From positions 40,548,001 through 40,612,000 of the forward strand of contig CM074512.1 in the NCBI GenBank assembly GCA_037379345.1: a DNA stretch of 64,000 nucleotides, given 5' to 3'. The DNA comes from Perna viridis. Taxonomy: Eukaryota. Positions within the stretch are counted from its first letter, which is position 1; each line of letters opens with the position of its first letter. Under the pieces are notes generated by a model. It saw only the letters and a list, made by a program, of their open reading frames with translations. It ran no database searches and was not told the origin of the DNA. The position numbers were made by a program, and so were the translations under genes. Below, one piece after another: positions 1 through 14,000 of the stretch.

Positions 1-1233
1 GTTTATGTACTTACCACAGAATTCACACCTATGAGATGTTAAGTAGTTAGTAGCTGACACTTCCATTGTCAGATCTTCCAAAAAATTGTCAAAATAAAAA
101 TCATGACACAATCAAGATTACTATATGTTTTAGGTAACAAAGTCACTATTCATGATCTACGTTTTATGTTACTTCCAATACAATCATAGAAGCAAAGGTA
201 CGCAAGTAATGACAATTCACACGTCATAGGGACCAAGTGTGAGATTCTAATGATGTAAAAGGAGTTAGACAGATGACAAACTCTCACTAAATACCGTACA
301 TATAAACTTATTTAGCTTTTTCTAAAGTAGAATTTTAGCAACTTCAAACTGACACATACATGTAAATGGTCACGGGAACATCAAATGTACCCCTTATAAT
401 TCCAAAATGGTTCAAAATAAAATAAAATTTCAAAAGGAAGAAATTGACATCTGAATCATAAAAATCTGATCAATCTATCAATTCTTATGGCTACACCCAT
501 TTCCCCTTTTTAACCCTAATTTCCAAAAAGGGTGGAGTGAACAACCTCCAAAAAAAATAAGACCCTATGACATGTGCCTAGGAACAATGTGTTAAAATCT
601 TAATTACAGTGCTGTTAGCACTGGGGGTTTCTGATTCTTGTGAAAATTGTAGCATAAACAAAATTTATAAGACTACAATGTAAAATAAAATTATAATCAT
701 ACATTTGTGTTTCCAATATTATTTATAACTGTTTTACCTAATATGTATAAACTTAATGCAAATCAATCAATCAATCAAAACTCTTGATTTCTGAAAAAAA
801 AAAACAAACAAACAAACAAACAAACTGTAATTGATAGTTAAACAGTATCCAACTTTACACACATTTACAAATTGTATTTCCAATAGTTTAAACCTGTCCA
901 AAAGTTAATTTGCAATCATAACCAAAACTATTCTGACAGAGTATTATCCTACACTGTAATTATACTAAAATGGAACTAATTACGGCTTAAGAAAACAATT
1001 TCATTGATCAATATAAGATTTTAAAAATTAGACACTTTTCATCAACTTGAATTTCCCACTAATTTTACTTGGTTAAAATCACTGCTCTTCACTTCCTGTT
1101 TATTTATCATAAAATATTAACGACAGGATGGAGAATGTGACTGATAATTGTGTTAAATGGAACATGCGTAGCACAATTAATGCTTCTTGACACATTACTG
1201 CAAGAACTAAATTCCCTTAATGCAAACTTATTA

Positions 1234-2123
1234 CAGTCAAACCTCGTTAAGTCGAAGTCAAAGGGACCATGCAAAAATGTTTAAGTAATCCAAGGTTCGA
1301 GTAATATGAGGTCGAGGATAAACCGGAAATACTACTAGTTTGGTCCATGATAGTTTCTGTATTTACATCATTTGTTATGCTTGTACATGTACATGTACTT
1401 CACTTTACATGGTACTTCGTAATGTCATGCATTTCATATCAGAAGATATTTTTTTTTGTATGTTGTATATCATGTTTGAAATACTGAACGGTACGGAGTG
1501 TTTTAGTGAAATTTCCTTTTTATTTTTTCTATATCAAAAATATCGTAGTTCATAACATGCTGTTTTGTTTGATTCACAATCAGGAGTACCATCAAACCAT
1601 GTGCTCTACAATATTACAATAAAATTTCAGATTTACTAGCGAAACGAATGTAGTGTTGAAATACCATTACAATTCATCCGTATTTTAAAATTTTTTTTTC
1701 AAAATATCAAAATATCCAATATCACTGTTAGTGTAAATTCTGACGTGTTTTTAATACAATTTGTTTCTTTTAACAACACGTGCAATTTTAAATTAATTAA
1801 ATAAACAAATCAAACCATAAAGAGTGTCAACAAAATAAGCCCCAATAATTGTTGTTAAAACACACTTCAATCATGGTTTGTAATGAAGCAATCAGTTTTC
1901 AGACTAATTAGTTGACTTTGAGACAACATGGTTAATTAACATTGAAGTCCTATCAAAGAAAATGACTGATTACCTCGATTACACAAGGTTTCGATTCATC
2001 CGAGTTCGAGTCATCCGAGGTAAAATAGTATTGGAGTAAGGGGAGTTTTGCTGGGACTTTGTAATTAGTTCGAGTTATCCAAGATTTCGACTAATCTAAG
2101 TTCGACACATCAAAGTTTGACTG
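1234..2123. mobile_element. Non-autonomous Tc1/mariner (pogo/Tigger-like) DNA element
   Basis: TA|CAGTCAAAC...GTTTGACTG|TA terminal inverted repeats with TA target duplication; subterminal TCGA-core repeats at both ends. Confidence 0.75.
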
Positions 2124-4157
2124 TACTTAACATTATTTCAAGCCCTAAAAAGGAGTCCCTTAAATCTTCACTTCATTTGAAGATTACATCTCAACTTTAT
2201 TTGCAGAACTAAAAATATATTATTTAGCTAAATAATTGTCCAAAACATATTAACAGGTTACAAAAGATATATTGAATGGTATCAGGAGAAGTACATTTGG
2301 ACTATATTTTTGTGTAGTGTTCAGAAACCTTAAGGAAGTTCCAGGCATGAACCGCCGACATAAGGTATTTTGATCCTAATGGATCAAAAACCCCAGAAAA
2401 GATCAAAAAAGTTTTACTCAAGTTACCGTAAATATTGTATTTTTGTGTGTATAATGCACATTTATGTATTGTGCGCAGTGCAATTTTGATAGTCTGAACA
2501 AGTAAAAAAAAGTTTTTAAGACTTAGAATGCAGTAAAATTTTGTAAGACAAAAGATCGATATTTTGCACTTGATAGGTCAATTTATTTACCTTGATGCAG
2601 TATTTCCTATGAAAATATGATGGAAAGGAACTTCTATGTAGACTAAAACATCATGTAAACATCAGTAGCTACATAAATTGGAAAATTTTAATTTCGAACT
2701 TGATAAAAATTGACACTGGATGTATAAAATGGTTCATAAAACAAAATCGAAAGTCGGGAAATTCAGACATTTCCAGTGTAACTTAAATTTCACAATTTGT
2801 CATTGAAAAACATACTTTTAAGAAAGAAAATTGTAAGAAACAGTCAAAATAAGTATCAGAATAATCATTTTCAGCTGTAAAAGCATTTGATAAGGAGGGT
2901 CTGACAAAAAGGACTTGGTTACTTTTTGGTTTTTAGTTGTTTCATATTAATTTCTAACCAAGTTTTATGAGAAAGAATATTGTACAACCTTTGTTTGAAA
3001 CATGTTATGTCATTTGAACATGATTTGAAGAAAATATTACTAAAAATTTAATACTTAAAGATGTATTTGATGATTACCATTTCACTTCCAGTTTGTTTGT
3101 TTGCATTACACAATGTCTTTTCTCATACCAAAATCTTTAATTTCGTGGCCAATTCTTATATACTGATGCTTTATACGCACCCTCATGTTCTGCAAATAAT
3201 TTCTATGTAAAAATGTGTGCATAATACACACCAAAATACCGTAAACTAAAGTTAAAATCATGAGAATTGTAAATCTGATAGAAAAATGCAGGCAGGACTA
3301 GGACAACACAGACAAAATATTTTCAATCATATAGATGTAGCAAAAAGTTATAAAACCTATAAAAAGGTCCTTCAAAAGGTGGCTGCTTATAATTATAAAA
3401 ATATTTCATCAATTTATGGCCTTTATAAATAAACACTTTTTTCAAATTTGCTGATCACCTGAAACAATGCCAAGATTATTACATGAAGAGTATACCTTTT
3501 CTTGACTGAAAAACTGTGCCCAAACCAACAAATGGTTAGTGTCAAAAAACTTTGTCCTTCACAGTAGAATGTATTGCATTGTAACTCCACAAAATTCCTA
3601 TTTGACAATTACTGAATTCAATAATTAAAGAATTACCTGTTATAAATATTGGATATCATGAAAGAATATTTCTTAATTTTGACACATTAAAGACTGTGGT
3701 CTATTTTACTGACAATACACTGAGCAATCATGAACTGAAGTCCTTTTTAACTTAATACATCCTTAATACATGTTGTCAAGTTCCTCAGTTATTAAGTGAT
3801 ACAGTTCTCATACAAGTGATTTCTTTAATATAAATTTTATAAAACTTGACGGCATGAACCAATATTATAATACATGTTACACTTTATGTATAAAGGTTTT
3901 TAGTCCTTTTTTTTTAATTCTAAAGTGCATTGTTTTCATTTTTTTTTCTCTAAGCATGACCATAATAACTATATTTAGTTTATTCATTCATTACCAATTA
4001 TTATGATCAGAATTAATTTTGCAACTTGTTAAGTAATAGCCTGAGGTGAAAAGACATTATCAGTTCAAAGACTAGAGCAACATCATGCCCTAATCTGTTC
4101 ATTGTCATTACTGTAATATTGTAGGTTCATATTTAAAATATCAGTTAAAATCAAATA

Positions 4158-4363
4158 CTGTGAAAGTACTGTTGTTCATGGGGTACTAGTTTTCTTGGTT
4201 TTCATGGGTAGGCCAAACCATGAACTTTGGTTCCCAATGAAAAGGAGATTTCTATTGATGTCTATACAGAAAACCTCAAAACCACGTATTCAAGAATCCA
4301 TGAACTTGTGTTTCTTCCCTAATCCACGAAAATTGGTATCCACGAATTAAAGTACTTTCACAG
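4158..4363. mobile_element. TA-flanked MITE
   Basis: TA|CTGTGAAAGTAC...GTACTTTCACAG|TA; degenerate internal inverted repeats (TTCATGGG/CCACGAA). Confidence 0.75.
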
Positions 4364-6740
4364 TAATCCCCTGGAATCCTGTTGTTTCATATCCAGTCTG
4401 TGCTTTTAAAGCCAAAAAAATAACATGTCTGTTTTCTGCTACACTACCTATCCTACTTTTTTGTCACCACTCTTAAGCACTGTTGAAAGTCTAGATTGTT
4501 TCCCTATTAACTCAAAGTGTGCTTTATAAAAATAAAATTATTTCCCTATCCCCTGAAAAAGAAATACTGCTAGATTGAAGAAATGTCCAGTAAAAATGAT
4601 TTCAGGCCAACAGAATTTTCAAAAAATTGTTTTCAGTTGGCCAATTAGGAAAAAAGTACAAAATTTGAGAATTGGTCTGGTAGTCTCTGAACCAATTTTT
4701 TGTACACTGCCTACCCTATTTTTCATGCTGGTAGCAGGAAACAAGACTATTATTTTTTTTAGGCCAAACCAGTAGCTCTATGCATTTTCAAGATTTATGA
4801 AGTTTGTGGGTATTTTAGCAAATGTAAAATTTATGGTTTGGGCTAGAAAGACAAAAAGAAAAAAAGACATATTGTGTATAAATTTTTCTTTTGTTTATAT
4901 CAACCCTTAAGCAAGATAAACAGAATAAAGGCAGTTTTGATGTTAAGACAAAAAATATTGCAGTCAGCCTATTGGATGAGATGTGAGAGATAGAAATGGG
5001 GAAAATGATATAGTTGCCGATATAAGGTTTTGGTTAGATACATGCCAGGTTGGTATAGAGATGTTACAGTATGTAATAACTAATCAATAATAATTTTAAG
5101 GTACAGCTCTAAACCCTTCCTGCTTATACTATGTTAGAACATGTACTCTACAGGACATATCAAATAAATGGAAAAATGTAATTCTAAAATAAGGCATGCA
5201 TTTTTTACTAAATTAAAGTTCAAGTTAAAAATGTAAGTGATATTTCCATTCTCAGTATTTTTTTAATTAATCTTGAATATCAAGAGATATAAATTTACAG
5301 CAATTCAGTTATAAAATTTATCAATGAACAAAGCGGTTAACAGTATTGGTAAGCTGTCCTTTGGGAAAAAATGAAACAAGTTACAGTATTCCCTACATAT
5401 ATATCTTCTAATTTCAACCAGTTGAAAATTTCTTCTATAGCATGTACTAATCTATGCATAGACTTTACTACATGATATGTGTGTTCATTAAGTTTCAGAA
5501 TCATTACAATGTAAACTAATACTTTCTCTGAATAATTCAAAGTATTCTTCAGAACAATAATCCCCCATGAGACAAAAGTCTTTGTTCTAAAATTATGCAA
5601 CAGATGCATTAGTGAAATTCTGGAAATTAATATCAAGTTAATGCTGCATTGAATCTCATCAGAGACTATGCTCAGTGGGTACATGTAAGTACTAAATGAA
5701 CATGCCTACTTAAGTACCTGTATGCTCATTCAATAATAATTAAAATATTTTAAAAATTGCTTGAAATACAAGTACATGAATATGAAATGTTAAAGTGATA
5801 TACAAGGATATTTCTAGCCATTTGAGACATCCTTTTCACACATACTGGTGAGATAAACCAAGTGATGTTAGTGATGTTACAATTATTACATTGCATTTTC
5901 CATATCGACCCATGTATCAAATCATGACTTCCATATCAAACTTCTGCCCTTTCTGCTCAAGGGCTGATATGGGTCAAACATTGATGCAAGGGGTGATGTG
6001 GAACAATGCAATGTCATAATATTCTTATCTCATATTTGAATCATTATAAAAAACTTGAAAAAACAATTTCTAGCCATATTTGAATGCAATTTCTATATTT
6101 AAAAACAAATTATTTGATTTATTATCAGAACATTACATTATATACCAATGCAGCCACCGTTGACCACATGCTGACATTGATAATTGATGAAGTTGATGAC
6201 AGGCCAATAACCAATCATAAGACCAGGGCTGTTATAGGCTGGCAACTTCCAGCCTTATTATTGGAGCAAAAACATCCATATCACCTCTAAATATGTGATA
6301 AAACAGTACATGTAAATACAAAGGAATTTCAGCTAGCAATGCATTCTGAATTGGAATACTAATCACTATATCAATTTCTCAAGTGAGAAAAAAATTGAAC
6401 ACCACTAAAAAACTTCAAGACTAGGAAATCTCTGACACCTTGAGGTAAAATTTCGATGTCCTCCAAGTCAGCAATGCCTCGATAGAGAACTTGATATCCT
6501 TTGGTGTCTGAGATTTCTGTCTTGCACTCTCAGCAGTGTTAGATTCCTAATTTATTAATGCCAGTTTCCAGCAGCACTGACTAAGACAATCAGCCAGTTT
6601 GTATCCATGGGACAGTTTGAATACTGACTGTGTAGTCTTGAATGACAAGTATTTAATGCTAAGTCCAATCCTGTTGACATTGTCTGAAACTGAAAGAATT
6701 TTTTTTCGAAAATGCAGTGAGTGTTTCATAAATGACCTAC

Positions 6741-7194
6741 CTTGAATATGTTGAATTTGATCTCCAACCCTCACAGAAAATGTCTCCCCAGGATTAACAT
6801 GAACATGAACTACATGCTGGTGATTGGGCGGGGAACTACTGTTAGTCTGTTGGTCATGCGGACTCTCACATCGCGACAAATGCTGAGGGGAAGTTATCCT
6901 ATTGGGTGAGCTCCCTTGGTCATGATTATGCAGATGACTGTTACAAAGTGGTGCAGATGGATCAACCTCCGGAGAGACAGGCTGATGATTGATGGCGGGG
7001 GCAGGGGAAAATGTAATGGACGAACCCGCACCATTTGGAACGACAGGGGTATCACTGTTACTACTTGTTTCACTGTCTATTCCGTTTTTAAGAGATTCAA
7101 TGGGACTGATATGTCCATTTGTTTTAGCTTCGGAGCAGTTCTGGTTTGTGTTTACTTCTGGCATCTCTCTATCCTTATCAATATCATCATCCAT
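6741..7194 (-). CDS. FNDC3: Probable FNDC3-family (FNDC3A/B, Drosophila mtgo-like) N-terminal coding exon
   Basis: Low-complexity S/P/H-rich N-terminus ending HVVHVHVNPGETFSVRVGDQIQHIQG, resembling the conserved FNDC3 N-terminal VxVNPGExF...QxIxGP motif (recognised from memory). atttcag acceptor (exon start 7223), AAG/gtaggt donor, phase 1. The gene continues beyond position 1. Confidence 0.7.
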
Positions 7195-10100
7195 TGTCCG
7201 TACGGAAACAAAACTATACAACTCTGAAATGTACAATTACTCAAAATAGTTATGACAAGCAGTAATCATTTTAAATTTATAAAAAAAAAATTACAAATAC
7301 TGTTTTGGCATTGTGATGATACTATTTATGACCTTCAAAATCAAAAAAAAATATAAATGTGTTTCAGGTTTCATATTTTCATACACTGGAGTAACTTTAA
7401 GTTTTATACTTTTTTTTGTTTTCTTGAATTGCTTCACTCTGCCTCGTTTTATTATGTGGCAATTATTTTGTTTAAAGTGTGACATATTCAAAAAATTCCA
7501 ATCCAATGTTACGAAAAAATTTTTTTTAGCAGTGATATACCTAAAACACAACCCCATACTAATAATCTGGATATTGTATGCTTTTAACCCATATTCAATA
7601 ATAAATATATAAAAACACAAATGATCTTCTATGACCTGTGCTACTTGTAAACTGGTACCCTGTTTGCTTCAAGGAGTCTGACACTATGAAAGAAATAGTT
7701 TGTCCAAGTAACAAAATAATATGCAAGTGTGTTTTGATGTGTCAGCACAAAAATAACGACCTTTTCCCTACCATCACAAAAAACGAAACATTCCTTCAGA
7801 CTTTGGAAAATATTTATAACCAAGTTGAATAACATTTTTGTTATTCATTATTTTTGTTTTACCACATTTATCATTATATATCATGACATTACAACACCAG
7901 ACATATTTTAATTTCAAAAACATCTGTTAATCAAGACTTGTTAATATATACCAAAACCAATAATCTTTCCATTTTTAATGTATGGGTTAACCAAATATGA
8001 AGTATAAAAATTGAAAATCAATTAGAAACGTCAAGTCAATAATTGTAGCAAATAAAATTCTTACCACGAAATATTCCACGATATTTTTACCAAATTGGAT
8101 GGCATGTCAAACAGTCAAATTTACATAACATATTTACAGAGATGTATACATGATTAATACAGTGTCTTCACATTGTGTATTCTGTGCATGTAATATATTA
8201 AAATTCTAATTTACATGTACATTGTATGTACACTTTTTTATACCTTAAAAAGCTTGAAAGACCAGTTCTATATGTAAAGAACATGAATTTAAGCGAGAAC
8301 TCAAACATACACACTGCATGACCATGTAATGAGTAGTTGGTTTTCAGTTTGCCCAACTATCTACACTATATTCAGTGTTGAACACCATTCATAACAGACC
8401 AACAAATCACTGGAAAATAACCAGTAAATCAAACATTGTACTGCAAACTGACAGTCAAGAAGATTTAAAATGACCAACATTGGTATGTATATTTCACAGT
8501 AAACTAACAGCTCCACTTTGATGTAATATAAGCATGTAATAAACAAGGAAGTTATCTTTTATGATGCCATGGTGCTATATTGACAGAATAAAAATACTAG
8601 GAAAGATAGAATAATCACTCATGAGAAATGACAGTACTCTTTGTACTAATGCTCAAATCTCAAATCTGGCCCAGTTTCTGACCCACACTGAACAGATCAG
8701 AAGCACCTTATCCCTATTTCTGCAATTTTGGCATTCAAGTTTTTAAGAAGTCATGGCTACAGTTCTTGATCTTTTACTACATGTAGTAAGAAAGCCCTTT
8801 GAAATCTTACCTATACCTAATAAACAATAAGAGAATGAATAGTCCTGTCATTAGCCAATATTTGAGTCTTCCAGGCAAAACTTTTGCCAAAAGATAACCG
8901 AGACAAATACAAATGTATAAATACACAGGCTTACTTTTTAACTCTTAAGTACTATGTAGATACTCCAGATGAATACAAGTTTGCTCCCATGTTCGTTTGG
9001 CTATACATACATGAATACCACTAAACAAATTAACAGGTCTATAAATTTCATGAATCTTTTTCCCCAATGGTAATTTTTGTTATTATTTCATGACTTTTTC
9101 ACCCACACAATAATCAAATATAAATTATTTCATTTTTGAATTTGTACGAAGTGTTAAAAATGATTACCATCGAAATTCAACCAATTTTATTAGGATTCTA
9201 CATAAACTATGATGACGTTAAATATCAAAGTTTAAATGAAATACAATGTAGCTGATCATTTGTCCATACCTTAGTAGACATCCTATGGCAGGTATTGCCC
9301 TAAAAGCATTTTCTCCATTTTACTTCAACAACATGTAGATTATATATACATTGGTTTTTTTTCATAACAAACCTACCAGTAATAGGTATGCAAAAGAAGT
9401 CTACATCTGTTGTATGACGTCAAATAAATAGCTTAAGACTTTAGGAGAAGTTAAGAGTAAATTTTTTCAGCATTTATGGTCAATCCTATCAGGGGAGGAC
9501 TTCTACATTTTTACGTAATTCAACATAAAAAGTTACAAGTAGGATAAACAAATACTTCTAAAAATTAACCATTTCAAAAACTTTTGTGGTGTCAAAAAAC
9601 ATTAGATAATCTGACTGTAGGTAACATTACTGACATATTCCAGTATTTGTATTGAAATAAAAAAAATTTAATTTGAATATTTTGTATGGTAGATATGGAA
9701 AACAAATACAAAAAAACAGCTAAAATAAGTTTTTCCCTTGAGTAGAGCTCAGGTTTACATAAGCAAAGTACAAAGACTAGAGAAACTAAAGTACTCCTTT
9801 GTAGACCAAGATGGGGGCATCTACATGTACATTTGTACATGTACATGTGCATTGTACCTATACAATAAAACTCAATAACTCGTTGATTTTTTTTTTAATA
9901 TGGATGCTTTCACTTTGTCACAACATGAACAGTAACATACATGTTTTAACACTAATCCCTCTACATGTAGTACAATAAACATGCAGAATAGCTCTCAATA
10001 ACTTTGTTACTAGGTGTTTCGATTATCCTCCCTAATGAATTTGTATGAATTTTAAAGGTTTTCATCCAGATAACTTAGCAAAAGACTATCAAATCATGTA

Positions 10101-10814
10101 TCCAATGTTGATACTACTCAAGTCAATTGGTGCAAGGTGACAGTTAGAGACCATACACAGATTTCAAAATAATATCAGGCTTTTCATTTTGTTTTATGAA
10201 AATAGATAAAAATGTGATGACAATCAATGTGCTTCATGTAATTTAGACTAAAACAACCAAAGAAATTGGTATGATGAGCTAAAACAACAGATGAATTCCA
10301 TCATTAATAAGCTTAAAATGAAAAGTCTAAATATAATAGCAGTGATTGGGATTAAACTTTTGGCACTGGGACTATAGCCCCCTTACCTGTCAATTCAATG
10401 GGACATTTTCAATTTCAATGGGCCTTTCTAAAAAAAAAAAAAAAAAAACATGGGACAAAATTTGGAATAGCAGCTAAGGCCAGCTAGACATAGATATTGA
10501 AGACCAAATGTAACTTCAATTTACACTGCGTTGTTTAGTGCTTTATCACAGTCCACAGATCCCCCATCAGTTAGGCTATTAAAGTAGTTCATCACAAATG
10601 ACAGGAAAGAGTCTTATTTTTTTTTTTTGGCCGCAATCAGATTTTGGATTTTTTTGGAGTACTTCAGGACCAGATAATATGACTCCATCATTGTCAATAT
10701 TTTCAATATGAGGTTCATAATCGTAAACAGCGGCCAAGTTAGTTTCTATAACAATTGCAGTTTGATTCTGGTAATTACCATCATTGATATTTTTTGTAGG
10801 CTTTGAAAAAGATA

Positions 10815-11006
10815 ACACACATGTATGATACTTAAGAGGTACATTTTTATCTGGTATGAAGCTATAACTATGATGCTGTGGTGGTAAACACAGGGAGGAT
10901 CTGCAGTTTTAAGTGGAGTAGAACTACATAGTTATGCTAATCATATGCAAATATTAAGTATTGAAATTACGAGTTCAAGAAGTCGCTAACAATATTAGCA
11001 ACTTAA
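10815..11006 (+). repeat. Dispersed repeat family C, copy 1
   Basis: ~190 bp aligning with 48890-49081; ends in TTAA; contains ATGCAAAT. Confidence 0.75.
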
Positions 11007-14000
11007 AAATTCTTTGTACATTCACATATACATGTATCTTAGTTTACATACATACAAGGTACATGTACATTAACACTTCAGGTTCCATAAAGAATGCTAC
11101 ATGCTTTTACCGAATACTAAAACTGCAAAAAAGGGTGGGCAGTGATATATCAGCATAGTTGATAATTCAAGTATGAGTCTCTGTAAAAATCAGGCAATGG
11201 ATGAAATATGCTACATGTATGAAATATCTCACCACTTTTAGGGTAGTTTGTCTATCAGAATAAAGGATTAAACACAAGATTTTCCATATTATTGTCGTCA
11301 AATTTGTTATAATTAATTTTATTGAAATGTACTGCAAATAAGTATTTCAAGAAATGACCTTATAAAAAACCTTAGGCATCATTGTTAGAATTTTAGGGTC
11401 CTACACTTATTGCCTGTGTTAAATGTTTAACAAAATGTTAATTTGATGCAAAATAATGATAGATATGCACAGATATAAGAATTATGTTGCACTTTCATGA
11501 CACTTACTTGTATCCTACATGCATAAAACAAAAGTGTGCACTTAATCTAGTCACATAAACATAAATTAAACCTATCAATGTCCCTGAAATTAGATTCTGT
11601 CTTTGTCAAACATGTGTAACACATGAAATGTACATCATTAACAAATGTCAATTTCATAAATCATCTTGTACTTTCTAAACACTTCATAAACCAGCATGTA
11701 TGTCAATTAGTTCGAATATTGATGATTCAGCAGGCATTCAAATAGAATGTACTATATTATCACTCCTTTCCATGAAAATTAAATAGAAATTACTCGTATA
11801 AATTACTTGTATACTCATTACTACAGAAAAGTAAATACAACAACTGAAGAATTTCATGAATATATGCACACAGCATTTGTCACCATTTCCAAAACCCCAG
11901 TAATTTTCTCTATACAAATTTGATTTAGTGAGCATGTTGATGTAAAACACTGGTACATGTAACAAGAAGCTATCAACTACAATGTATGTAAATGTACATA
12001 AAGAGTTAAAATGTCAATGTAAACTTATGTCTCATCATCAGGATTTTTAGGGTTTTTTTTTACAAAATTCCCTCCAGGAACCAGTTTTAGACACTGTAAA
12101 ATAAATTTGTCATTTAATTTATACATGACACATGATAATTGCTCTGATGTCAACAAGAATTTCTTAAAAAAATACAAACAAACAAAACAAAAACAAAAAC
12201 AGATTAGGCATAAATATGCATGTAAATACATGTAATTCATATCATAATATTTGGTGGGGAATTGTTTTATTTTACTATCCAGGATCACAAATTTGGAGTC
12301 AAAACAATCAGCATTAGTGTTTAACAAATTTGTACCTTTTCAAAGATGAAATAATATTTATGTTGCAAGTCTGGAATAAATGTTTTGGGAGTAGAGCAAT
12401 TTTACGGGTGAAAGAACTGACATAACATAACTTTAACACAGGCCTTACTGATTACAATTCGAAGAAAAATACAAGAACTCTGCAACATTTAAGGTTATAA
12501 CAATGACTTATACAATGTATGTAGTATTATTAAGTAAGTGACATGGTCATGTAAAATTCTATAGAAATAATACTATACATGAGTAATAACCACTAGAGTC
12601 TATGATTTCATTGGTCAGTAGACATACATGTATCATACTTTTCAATATAATCCTAAGTTAAGTACTGTAACTAGACCATGTAATGACATTAAAAAATATT
12701 ACACTTTGAATCAATTACATAAATATTGGCTTTGTCTCAGCCAATATCATTTTTTAGGTGAGGTACATGTATCTCTTCAAATTTGAATTATTTCATCTCA
12801 GCATCATTTAAGGTAAGGGTACATGTACCTTCATCCTTCAGAGCACTGAATATTGTTACATGTATTAATCAAGAAATGGACAACCTGTTCAGTGTTCTCT
12901 TAATGTCAGCTAATAAAATGATGCAAGATGTTCAAAAATTTATCTCTGTGATATTTCTTTCCTTACCTCATCTGTTTCAATTTCTTATTTCAAAGAAACT
13001 TCTCTGTGATGAACATATCATGATGTACTATACAGAAAGTTTATAGGTAGATATGAAGCAGATGTACAATTCCTTCATCTTAGTAGGTAAACAAATATTG
13101 GGCAGATGAGCACAGCTTTGAAAGAAACTGCTGTCTGTAACATACGATTCTTAGAAATGTAAATGTTAGAGTACATGCATTGACTAACTTTCATATTTAA
13201 ATGGAGGATAAGGCATTAAGGGTATAGAGATGAATATTGATAAGAATTAATCAGATACAAGCTCTTCCAAAAATGAAAACATTAGAATTTCTGACCCAAA
13301 ATACATTAACCCATCGTGCTACACCCGGACCTGCTCGGGAATTGACCTGGTTCTGCTTTATTGGTTCTGGCAGTATTAATCTTAGTTTAGGAGAGCACAA
13401 GTTGTGTCCATCTGCAAGCAGTGTGACTGTGCTTTAAAATGAGACTATCTGATATAGAATTTGTTAATAAATAATGACTTGAAAACTAAAAGAAGAGGTC
13501 ACAAGTTTCCACTGTAAAAAAAAATGAGATTTTTTCGGGGTAGATATCATTTCTCAGACCCTCGCCAGAGCAAAATTAATCTGTAGTACTCTATTTCATC
13601 TGGAAACAAAATAAAAATTATTTGTCACCACCACTTCAACTGTAACACACTTTATTTGGCTTCAGTAGCCTTCACAGTGTACAGGCAGTAGGATGAATGT
13701 GCTTTGGTTCCTGATTTGTTACCGTTGAACCCCACATGTAGCAAATAATGACCAGAAATGGCCAGAAATGACCATTTTCGAGTGACAGACCCATTTCTAC
13801 GTGTTGGCCCACTCATCCTCCCACCACGTTCTCACTCCATCCACGCCACCCCGCAATCACCTATCTTTAATTTATATATAACCAGCATCAGTACCATTGT
13901 GTAACTAATTTGCATAAGGTCGCAAAATATCAAAATCTAGACAATCGTTCAGAAATGCTCAGCACAACAAGGATTAACATATTTCTTCACTACGACAATA

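Noticed and set aside
6547-6740. C-terminal part of the 229-aa ORF
   Set aside because: It is read-through past the AAG/gtaggt donor into intron, and FNDC3 similarity ends at the donor.
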